From positions 124,001 through 188,000 of the forward strand of contig JAPEUI010000012.1 in NCBI GenBank assembly GCA_026025075.1: a DNA stretch of 64,000 nt, given 5' to 3'. The stretch's first letter is position 1. The number at the start of each line of letters is the position of its first letter. Made by a program: the position numbers and the translations under genes. Source of the stretch: Vezdaea acicularis (taxonomy: Eukaryota). Below, piece after piece: positions 1 through 9,725 of this stretch. Below the pieces are notes generated by a model. That model saw only the letters and a list, made by a program, of their open reading frames with translations. It made no database searches and had not been told where the DNA came from.

Positions 1-3000
1 CACGGGGGCAGCCTACGATTGCCGTATGGTCAGACCTGGATGCGAAAGGGGTATATCGGCTTAAGAATTATCAGCTGATTCGCTAAGGCGGCCCCTGGGG
101 CACAGATAAGCTCAGGTCTGCAGGTGGGATTATCGCGCTTATACCATTCATGCCACCACTCCTGTGCGGGCGGTATGGCCGGGATGATTCCGCTCTTTTT
201 CGTTTGGCTGAGATTATTGTGGCCAAAGCGACTAACTCTGGCATAGTACTAAGAAATTTGTTCGCTACGCTCTATGAGAAGCTACAGTAATCGCCGAGCT
301 CTTAGTAGTCGAGGAGTACCAACACAGCGCGTATCGCCATGCAGGCTAATCTCCTGGAGACCTTGGACTATCAAACATGAAGCGTATCGCCATGCAGGCT
401 GATCTCATAGAGAACTTGGCGTTTGTGTATCGATTTTCCGTATACGCTGCGCCTCTATCCAGTACTGACATACCAACCAACATTCATTGGTTACACGGTC
501 ATATAACCGCTAATCGAGGGACATACCGCCAATATCGAGTAGGGTGCTCCCAATGGATCGTGCTCGGCTTGGCGTTCCGCGAAGGTGGTCCACGACATGG
601 ATAACCTCGTGTTTGACATCCTTGGCCCGGAAGGACATGCACTCACCCGGGCGACCTCCCGATCCCGCTTGAGCACAGGTCGAGAAGCCCTACGGACACA
701 TCCCACAGTGGCCAAGAAATTAGTTGATATTTGGAATATGCCGGCAGAAGCTGTGATCAGGCGTACTTGCATACCACTAGAAGAGACTGGAATGGGGCCA
801 TCTGACACTGCTTTGTCGATGATCGACGGCTTGACAATTTAGGCAGCTCGCTGAGGCGTTGACATGAGGCAATTAGCCGTGAAAATTGCGTCTGATAGTC
901 GCGCTATGCGTCGGAGCTTGCCACGCCGCTGCTGCACGGCGTACCTGGGACGGCAAATTCCAAAGAGTTTTCCACGTCGGGGGCCGGAAACCTTAACCGC
1001 CTCTCTCACGGTCCCGTATAAGCTGCAGGACCTCCCGAGACGGCGGGTTTCGGTAAACTAAAGCCGACCAAATGGTGCTGACGGTTGCGCTGACGTTGCT
1101 GTCCGCCTCCGGACGTCATACACGCCCGACTCGTATCGGACAGTCGGCTTCCTGCTTACCGTCCCTGACTGACTGGACCGGAGACCACAGCGGGTGAAAT
1201 GGCTGCGAGCGCGAGAGGGAGAAGTGGCTTACTGAGCGGGTACTTTGCCACTTTGTACCTATTGGGTATTCGGTTTTGTTTGAGATAGGGGTTAAACCCT
1301 AAGTCAATCTCTAAACCGACCTTGGAGTTAGAAAAAAGAAGAGTTATGCTACAGTAACAGCAGATGCTAACTCTTCAACCTACACTAATTACGAATTCGT
1401 AATTAGACGAAACATCTCAAAGCGTGAAGGACCATCTTCACCTCTCTACGGCGTTATGCTTTCATAATTAGGCAATGATCTCTTAGAGATCACCGTAGAA
1501 CCGGGGGCTAGTCCATCTACTATCCACTAGAGAACATAGGGCAAGTAAATGACTGAAGTTCTTAATGCGATAAGAGAGCTGAACCAATACAATATCAGCA
1601 TGGATGCCACGCGTGCCCTTTCTTATTCTTACGAATAGACATGGGCCTTTAGCCACTAACACAATATCGGCAATATTGGCATATATTCTAGATTATATCA
1701 ATCCAAGGACGATGTACTTTCAGGAGAACACCATATACCATGCCACAAAGATATTTGCGTTGGCTTCGAGGTCACTTATGGCATTGTCTATTTAAATAGT
1801 CCCTGAAAACAGGAAGAAAAGGGTCATTTCTTACAAAACATCTTGAATAAGGACAGTAACTGTGATATAGCTGAAGACAGAAGCACGAGAAAACATCGTA
1901 GAGTCCGATGATAACATTTTGTACAATTTCAAGCTGTCTCCACTTCGCATTTGATAACAAAGAAGCTTTAAAAACCATCGTAAAGTCTGATAACAACATG
2001 TGTGTAATACCAAGCTATCTCCACTTAAGACTTGACGGCAACTATCTTTTCAAATCATTGAATACTTCGGCGAGACATCTAGGACTTGCAAAACCAAGTT
2101 CGCTATTATCACTTTACCACGAGATACATGACGAGGACTTCTGTTTCACAGAACTTTGAATTAACCCCAAATCGTATGTAGGCAATGAATTTTCATATGC
2201 AGCCAGACGAATGTCAAGCCTACCCCTATTGAAGACCAAAAATCGCGTCCTTGTGTGCGGAGACCCCAAAGCCTTGACATTTCCGCCTCCTCAAGATATG
2301 CGTCCAATTTACAGCCGACGATTGGAACGGTTGTGGGTCAGGCTCACGAGGAGGGCTGGAGACCTTGTAGAGTAGGCACAAGAAGATCGTAGTCCCGCCC
2401 GACGCGGGTCCCTTTTTAGAAATGGCTTCGTCAAGGGAGGCATCCGGTTTCGCTCGACGACCTGGAGATGTAGGCACCCGAAGAGAAGGAGGAAATAGAG
2501 GCATTCGACTGCATTTGACTGGATATGAACGTTCATTTCGACAGTCAGTAGATCGTCCCTGATGGTCATTAAGGGTCTTTGATTTCTAAGAGGCTTGACG
2601 GCTCCCTTGACTAGATAGTAGGGGCCCTCCCAATATTTTTCGGACAGATCAAAGGACTCAAGTCTGACCCGCCAGGAGGAGAGCAGTGAGCACGATTGCG
2701 CAGCCCTGTTGCTCAGTCTGGAAGTTCTCGCACTTTGGACATTGAGGTTGAGGAGCCAAGGGGGAAACAAATCACATATGCTGGTAAACCGTCGTTTTAT
2801 TAAGACTGATGTGAGTTATACGTAGTTTGCGCGCTCGACTAATATTTTCCCAGATCTCCGTGGATTGGGCAATTGCTCGGGTGGCGTTATAACACAGCTC
2901 ATAGTCGGAATTCGCCCCTTGCTATGCCATGAAGTCGGAATTTCAGGCTCCTTTCCCCTACATCAAACACTCAGGCTTCATTTAGACTCCCTTTTCGCCC

Positions 3001-3038
3001 ACCCCTTTTCTTCTTCAGACTTACCGAGAACAGTAAGT

Positions 3039-4051
3039 CTAACTCGCAAAGATAACATTCGCTATCGCCTCATGAACCTGCGCCGCCGCCTCTGTCAGAT
3101 TCATCGCTGGTAGGTCCATCGTTGTCAGGTTCGTCGCTGTCAAATTTGTCGCTGCCAGGTCCGTCGGTGTTGGGTTCGTCATCGTCAGGTTCGTCGCCGT
3201 CAGGTCCGTCGCCGTCAGGTTCGTCGCCGTCAGGTTCGTCGCCGTCAGGTTCGTCGCCGTCAGGTTCGTCGCCGTCAGGTTCGTCGCCGTCAGGTTCGTC
3301 GCCGTCAGGTTCGTCGCCGTCAGGTTCGTCGCCATTAGTGTCGTTGCCGTCAGGTTTAACGTCTTCGACGTTGGATAACGCGTCCCAATTACCGTCTTGA
3401 TCGGCATCGGCGCCAGTGCCGTAAATGATATGTTGCTGGCTAGCAGCGACATATCTGGTGCAGCTAGCGAGGCTGTTGTCGTAGATGCGAATGGGGATAG
3501 GGGAGAAGGGACTGGGTCGCCTTGGTAGGCCGATGTTTTGCAGTCTTTGCAGTAATTGAACGTTACCCAGCAATCCGGGTTTGGGAGTTGGTGGGAGCCG
3601 CAGGCAGAGCAGCCGTCGTTTTGGTAGATGGCTCCGAAGCTATGAAAGATGTTAGTGAATGGAACAATTACCCCAATAGAACAGAGACAATGGCATAGAG
3701 TACGCAGGGGGAGCTGTGTAGTAGGACTTACGCGTCCATAATTTCATCATAGCTAGCCCCTTTCTGATACCCCTGAGGACTATAACACCTGAAAATGGCC
3801 GCACAACCCCCCGTCGGGTCATCGAAGATTTTCCCCCAGTCCACATTGCTTGTGTATTGCGTATACGTGCGATTTGCTTGATAGTTCCAAGACGCGCGTG
3901 TGCATAGGCCGCTTTCTTGCAGTAAGAGACCGCACGCGCCGGAGCCATGGCAGTTGTGGTTGCCGACGATCTTTGCGGGTTGGTAGGGAATCGCGGATGT
4001 AAAAGGAATGAATAAGAGAATCGTGAGAGAGGATAGAATATGGAGATGCAT
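3039..4051 (-). CDS. Secreted KP4 killer-toxin-like Cys-rich protein with Thr-rich (TNLTA)n C-terminal tail, ~306 aa; exons 4051-3732 and 3639-3039
   Basis: Signal-peptide-like MHLHILSSLTILLFIPFTSA. NCHGSGACG and GCSACGS..CWVTFNYC resemble the KP4 motifs NCRGSSQC and GCRVCGS..LTVNY; 10 Cys. Intron 3731-3640 (GTAAGT..CACTAAC..CATAG) joins exon 1 in frame to ORF 3039..3452. Confidence 0.75.
3100..3355. repeat. 15-bp coding tandem repeat (GCCGTCAGGTTCGTC)n, near-perfect core ~3185-3330 with degenerate flanks
   Basis: Directly visible; encodes TNLTA units on the minus strand. Confidence 0.95.
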
Positions 4052-4780
4052 GGTACCGTCGTGGGACGTGTACTTGTCGGAAAGGACGAAACACAATGTA
4101 GGGGAAAGAAAGGTACGTGAGACGAGAGACCACACCTGTAGACTTGATGATCGCAATGGGGAAAGCAACAGAAAAGTATGGAACTCATCCATAGATGACA
4201 TTTTTTCAAAACAAGGTGTTGGGCCCTTGGCGCTTGGTTCGTGCACGACGAAAACATGCCGACGAGGCATTTTCTAGGCCAAGCCTCGGAATTCGCGGTT
4301 GATACTTTCAAATGTCTTACCCGCATTCTCATGGGAGGTCAAAGCTTCAAGCTTTGACTTACGCTGACTGCAATGGTCCCCAAATTCTGCGGACGAATCA
4401 TCGTCTTGATGTTTTGTCTGGATATAGATGAAAGCATGCGCACTTTTGGATGCAAAGAAATCCTAACTCGTGTGATTGATTCGCACAGTAGAATAAATTC
4501 ATGGAGAGAGCATGTTGCTTTGATGGAAGAGAAAATAATTGATAGTTTACCCGCTTGGATGGTTGGGGTAAAAGTGAATGGTGGAGTGCCATTATAATTG
4601 TGCAGTGAATTAGATGGATAGCTATTCATGGAAATTTTTCTGCCCTGGAGCTCCATTCTTCAGTGCTTATCAAGTCTCTATGCTCAGAAGGAAGACTTCT
4701 GCTGAATCCATCGTATACAGCATTCTGCTGATAGCTATTTCCATTAGCAAATCCCTTAATTCTGGCTCAATTAAGGGATA

Positions 4781-5098
4781 ATGCAACGACCACGAGTCCA
4801 GTCGCTACTTCCAGTCACGGAGATAGGCTTGATAGTGATCTTGGGGGGAGCGTTCTTGCTCGTAGTCGGCTTGAGCTTGTTGCACATAGTGCTCGAAGCG
4901 CTATATCCGTCCCACGAAGGCCCGCCAGACGTCTTCGCTCTGTTGGAAATGGACGACCAACCAGGATCTATCACTCTAGTTGATAGTGACAGTTCTGCAA
5001 CTTTGGTTGATGAGGAGGAGGAGGATTCCGAGCTCGGAGTAACCGAGCAACAGGCTAGAGCAGAGAGAATAGAGCAGCCATATCATGTTTATGTCTGA
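4781..5098 (+). CDS. Hypothetical small single-pass membrane protein with acidic tail
   Basis: 105-aa ATG ORF with hydrophobic IGLIVILGGAFLLVVGLSLLHIVL and DEEEEDSE; no recognised family. Confidence 0.35.
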   Translation: MQRPRVQSLLPVTEIGLIVILGGAFLLVVGLSLLHIVLEALYPSHEGPPDVFALLEMDDQPGSITLVDSDSSATLVDEEEEDSELGVTEQQARAERIEQPYHVYV

Positions 5099-6249
5099 AG
5101 GAAATGAAAAGGTAGGAGTAAACTCCTGTAAGAGCAGGGTATAAGTTTATTAATGGTCAGCTGGTTGACATGGACTTACCAGGTTTTCCAGATTGCTAGA
5201 CCGGACTCTGAATAGTGCTTTCAGTCCCGGTGACGCTCGCTCTTTATGAGAGTCAGAACATGGGCTCTATATTTAACACCATCGGCAAGCTTTGTCCGTC
5301 ACGGCCAGTCTTGTGGACCTACCCGACCATCCTGGATCAAGTTCTCGTCATAAAAAATCTGGTACAAGACGAGGTCCGCATACATGAGCTTCTGGCTCAG
5401 CACAAATGGGCCTGTGATAGCCAGCCATTAGACGTAATTTGACGTTCTGATGTCTGCAGGAACCGTGCTCTTTATGTCGGCTGCTGTTTTGGGGATGATA
5501 TGAGCCCTTCGTTTCCCAAGAAAGAAGCACTCACGAGACTGATCCTCGGTTGGTTCGCGCATTAGCTGAGGCAAATGTAGCACGGTATCGTGGATAAAAT
5601 TATCAATCACAATATCGCACATGATAGCTATCTGAAAAACCTCGCCCTCTGTCTTGCCATTACAGTGGGGGGTCCTAAGTGTTGTACATTCGCGAAATTG
5701 TGCCTCCTACAATATTCATGCCCTAAGCACGACGATCATTGAATCCATTCATAAGAAACCTAGCTCACAGATTACCTGGGGAGGTCTTCGATATATCAAC
5801 TGAATAAATGCCTTGTCGAGTGCAGGCAGTTCTTAATTCCTGGGTGTTATACCATATATTAGCGGTCTCGTAAATGTACGAAACTTACGACCCCTCACTG
5901 TGTGTCTTGCCGAATTGATCAATCAATTCGAATAACTGTCAAGGTATACCACGTTACTCCATCATTGAAGTAGGCTTTGGCGGAGAAACTAGCTGGCTTT
6001 GGGCCCTCCTACCACTTGTAGAAGAAGTGACGAGTTCACAGTTTCGGAACAGTAAGTCGCCATGATGCGAAGGGTTTACATCTGACGACCGTGGATTCAA
6101 TATTGACTACTAGGAGAGAAAGCGCGAACTCATGGTCGTAGCAAGTGCGGAAGCGATCCGGAAGCCTTCCGTCTGCTCAACTTCTCGATCGGTTAACAAA
6201 CCAATGATACCTTTCTAATGACTATTAACGCCATTTTAAGGAATCCTAT

Positions 6250-6385
6250 GCTTCCGTGGCGCAATGGTAGCGCGTCAGACTTCTATCCATTGAAATCTGA
6301 AGGCTGGTAAGCAGAATCCGCGCGTCTGTTTGCTCATACTTCAAGTGCTAACATATCACAGCGGGTTCGAGCCCCGCCGGAAGTG
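6250..6385 (+). tRNA. tRNA-Arg(UCU) with canonical intron 6286-6294 and a second, spliceosomal-type insert 6307-6361
   Basis: Acceptor GCTTCCG/CGGAAGT+G; D stem GCGC/GCGC; anticodon stem TCAGA/TCTGA with TCT at 6282-6284; variable AGGCT; T stem GCGGG/CCCGC with loop TTCGAGC. A box TGGCGCAATGG, B box GGTTCGAGCC. Spliced length 72 nt. Confidence 0.93.
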
Positions 6386-6410
6386 TTGATCTATAACTTG
6401 ATTTATTTAC

Positions 6411-6415
6411 TTTTT
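6411..6415 (+). terminator. Putative Pol III terminator (T5) downstream of the tRNA
   Basis: First run of 4 or more T after the tRNA 3' end. Confidence 0.55.
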
Positions 6416-6628
6416 GGCTGGTACAACAAGGGGTATGTGACAATTATGCGGGGACGCCGTGCGGAACCAAAATTTTACGCCTTTGGCAACGGTGGAGCGC
6501 AAAGTGGCAGAGCGCGCAGCCGAGCTCGGTCGAAGCTCTCCTGAAGATTTTCTCCCGAACCACCACTCCAGGTCAACGATGCCAATCATCACCACACCAC
6601 CACCACCGACACTCCAATCCTCCCAAAG

Positions 6629-7147
6629 ATGTCAGCTGCCGATGACTCTGCTCTTTCCGCACAACCACAATACACGCGCCCGGCTCCCCTCACCTCTCCC
6701 CGCTCCCTCCGCCAGCTCTCCCTCTTCCTAGCCGGCTCGTCCTTCTTCCTCCTCTCCACCCTCATCACACGACGCTCCCTGACCCGCCGCTACAAAGCCA
6801 GCATCCCGTCCTATTTCACGCCTTCGAACCGGCCCCCTGCCCAGCCGGTCGACGGCGCGGTCGAAGCCTTCGAGGCGCTCAGCGTGGCGAGCGCGAACGT
6901 CGCCAGTCTGGCGGTGATGGGCGTCGGGGGAGTACTGTGGGCGGCGGATATCAGCGGGATGGAGGAGCTAAGACGGAAAGTCAGGGGTGGGCTGGGCGTT
7001 GATGGGAGTGGACGCGGGGAGGGTGACGTGGAGGAGGAGTTTGAGGAGTGGTTGGCTACGGTGCTGCAGCGGAAAGAGGATAAAGAGCTGAGGGCGGATG
7101 GAAGGAGGAAGGGGAGGCCGCGGACGGAGGACGGGAGGGAGAGATGA
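6629..7147 (+). CDS. AIM11: Altered inheritance of mitochondria protein 11-like
   Basis: RSLRQLSLFLAGSSFFLLSTLITRRS..EAFEALSVAS.NV.S..MGVGGVLWAADISGMEELR; two hydrophobic segments, typical fungal Aim11 pattern. Confidence 0.8.
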   Translation: MSAADDSALSAQPQYTRPAPLTSPRSLRQLSLFLAGSSFFLLSTLITRRSLTRRYKASIPSYFTPSNRPPAQPVDGAVEAFEALSVASANVASLAVMGVGGVLWAADISGMEELRRKVRGGLGVDGSGRGEGDVEEEFEEWLATVLQRKEDKELRADGRRKGRPRTEDGRER

Positions 7148-7508
7148 GAGATACCTGGCTAGGAGATGTGGTGGGAGGTACCGTGCTGCGCCCAGTGGAT
7201 ACGACTTTGCGTCAGACCAGGACGGGCGTGTTCGCTATCAGCCCCTGATCAATCGTTTCTCTTACGGGCTCGCACCACGATCACCACATCATTTGCTATA
7301 CAGGTGGAAAGCCTTTATATGGCATAGCACGGTGTCGGACGGCGTCAGGGCTTCGAACCTCTAGGATTGCACAGACTAGCACGTCGCCCCCGGCGCTCTC
7401 CAGCCCTTCCTCTGAGGAATACACATCATAGCTCGATACACCGTGACCTACCCTCCGGAAACCCCCCCCCGGCCTTCACAGCCAATAACACCCCCTGACC
7501 CCACCAGT

Positions 7509-8144
7509 CTACGTCTTACTAGCATCATGCCCCCAATTCTTCAAGCTGCGATAACTCTTACTCGCCGTATCCCTTTTCGCCGTCTCCTCCTGCGCCAGAT
7601 GCCGCTTGCAGTACGCGACCACCTTGCGCATGTGCGCGACGTCCTCCTCGTCATAGGCGTCAGGTGCGCGTGATGGGTTCTTGCGCAGGATGGCGATGAT
7701 CTTGCGGCCGCTGTTGGGGAGAGGAGGAGGAAGGTTAGTCTCATGTGGGATGTTAGGCCCCCCCATTGGAGGGTTAGAGGGCAGTAGTGGGTAGAGTTGC
7801 AGGCGTGCTAGACGGAACGCAGGAGATGGAGGCGGAAGCGGAAACGCAAGCAAAAAAGGAGAAAGCTGGGGAAAAAGGGAGAAGGGGGGAGGGTTGGTCA
7901 TACCTCTCATGCCCGATCGTCTCGCCCGAGCCATCATCCTTCGCCCACCCCGCCCCCGCCGACTCCTCGCCCCCTAGCCACCCCTCGAGCTCCTCCGCCG
8001 ACATGTTGACATATTCGTTAAACTCGCTGTCATCACACCACACACATCAGCTTCCAACCCCTCCCCGCCTAACTCGAGCAGCAATCGCAAGCAGCATGCC
8101 AACAAGAAAACTCACGCAACAACTTCCTCTTCCGGCTTGACCAT
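7509..8144 (-). CDS. DUF3140-family protein; exons 8144-8116, 8026-7904, 7710-7509
   Basis: Spliced product MVKPEEEVVAEFNEYVNMSAEELEGWL..GHESGRKII..HMRKVVAYCKRHLAQ..SLKNWGHD; GT-AG introns keep the frame. Confidence 0.88.
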
Positions 8145-9062
8145 CGCGAATAATTTCCCCCACTTTCTCTTTTCAGTTCTTTTTAGTAAGAAAAAAGAAA
8201 CGCTCACTTATCGCGTACACGAATAACCTTCCCCGAACCGCCTGTTTCTCGTTCGTCTCTCTTTATCCACCGTCTCGTCTGCGATGATGGAAATCCTACG
8301 TCATCGACCACCCCCCCCCACACATACACTTACCTCCACACGTGCGTGTCCCCTGCATTTCGGCACCGCGCATGCGGGTTGTACCTGTCCTTGGAACGGA
8401 TGTGGTGCGCGGGTAGCACGTCAGCCCGCTTGCAGTTGGTGCTGTGTCGGGACTTTACCCCCCCCCCCCCCCGGGCCTTTTCCTCATGTGGAGAGGGTGT
8501 GTGGGGGAACAGAGCGGTAGGACGGAAGGCGGTTGGGACTAAGCAGGGCCGGCCCGCTGCGTCGCTCGCGTGGGAAAGAGAGAGGCTCTTCTTGGCAAGA
8601 GGGGTAGTGGTGGTGGGTTGCTGGGTGTCTGGTTCGTTGAACCGGGTGGGGGGGGTCAAGTCCTTGTCCGGTGGTTGGTAGTTGGTGGCTGACTGGCTCG
8701 TTTGGGAGGTGGGCAAGATGTGGCTGAGTCGCTGGAAGCGGTCACTCGGGGAAAATCATGGTCACATGAGCATGATGTAAAGAGCTAGGGTGACCGCTGA
8801 GGCTTGGGGCTGCAGGGAGGCTCATCAACCGTTGTCAGTGAGCCTACCTGTCTCTTGTTCGGAGACGAGGTACTGCGGTCGAGCTACAGTATACGACGTC
8901 ATTCGAACGTCCTCACAACCCACACGATCACGAAATACAGAGTCGAGCTATTGGAGAGTTTATTCCTCTAATCTATCTATCTACCCAGCTCCCACTAAGC
9001 TTACCCTCATAAGGCTGACCACCTCTCGATGCCAGACACGATTCTAAGAAGTTTGTCCAGGC

Positions 9063-9155
9063 CTAGCACGTCCCACCAGTCTTGCACCCGCACCCAGAAG
9101 CGTGGGTGCAGCTCCCCCCGCCGCAGGCGGAACAGGTACATGCGCAATCAGACAT
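9063..9155 (-). CDS. Metallothionein-like peptide, 30 aa: MSDCACTCSACGGGSCTHASGCGCKTGGTC
   Basis: Manual translation: 8 Cys in CxC/CxxC patterns, no aromatic residues, A-rich context before the ATG, TATAAAA at 9365-9359. Below the ORF-track size cutoff. Confidence 0.8.
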   Translation of the reverse strand: MSDCACTCSACGGGSCTHASGCGCKTGGTC

Positions 9156-9358
9156 CTTTTCTTTTCTTTTATTTACTGTATCCGTTGGCTTCGCTGAGAG
9201 CTGTCTGAAGGGCTTGGGTTTGTGCGTGTATGAAAGGCGTGGATACGTGTGAGATGTGTGGATGAGTTGCGGATTTGGTGTGGGTGGGGAGAGAGGTGTG
9301 TGTGTGTGTATGTGGGAAAGGAAGAGGGAATGCTGATAGAGTGGGGGAGTGGTGCGGG

Positions 9359-9463
9359 TTTTATAGGTGGGGGGAGTCAGGGGGAGGTGAATAGAGGAGG
9401 AGTCAGAGGGGTGGTGTCATTGGTTGGGAGACGTCATCCGGGGACGTCATCAGGGGACGTTAT
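9359..9463 (-). promoter_or_regulatory. TATA box plus three 13-bp-spaced CRE-like sites upstream of the metallothionein ORF
   Basis: TATAAAA (9365-9359); GACGTCAT at 9430 and 9443, GACGTTAT at 9456. Confidence 0.5.
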
Positions 9464-9635
9464 CCGTGGAGAAGTGAATAGATGAGTATTCAGCGAGGTG
9501 AACAAATGAGTAAATCGAGAACTTAGCAAAGAACCAGACAACCCCCTAACCGCAATCCCTCCCCCTCCCCCACCCCTCCAGCCCTTGTCTCAAACACCCT
9601 CCCCCCCACCCCTCTTTCTTACATCCCTTCTCACG

Positions 9636-9724
<89 letters not shown>
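9636..9724. repeat. ~89-nt poly(C)/poly(G) tract with a single A interruption
   Basis: Directly visible. Confidence 0.95.

Positions 9725-9725
<1 letters not shown>

Noticed and set aside
1500..2900. Short ORFs possibly from a decayed gene or transposon
   Set aside because: No transposase, RT or other motif recognised; cannot support a call.
3070..3573. Acidic (GDEPD)n ORF from the ORF track
   Set aside because: No ATG start; the spliced KP4-like exon enters the TNLTA frame, and the synonymous-change pattern favours that frame.
5200..6070. Possible minus-strand multi-exon gene (GTAAGT..GCTAAT..CAG signals present)
   Set aside because: Every splice combination I tried hit stop codons; no recognisable product.
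6301..6361. Insert read as a long variable arm (Leu/Ser/Sec-type tRNA) or as a BHB-type intron
   Set aside because: Anticodon is UCU (class I Arg); 55 extra nt is far longer than a variable arm; no bulge-helix-bulge seen, whereas all three spliceosomal signals are present.
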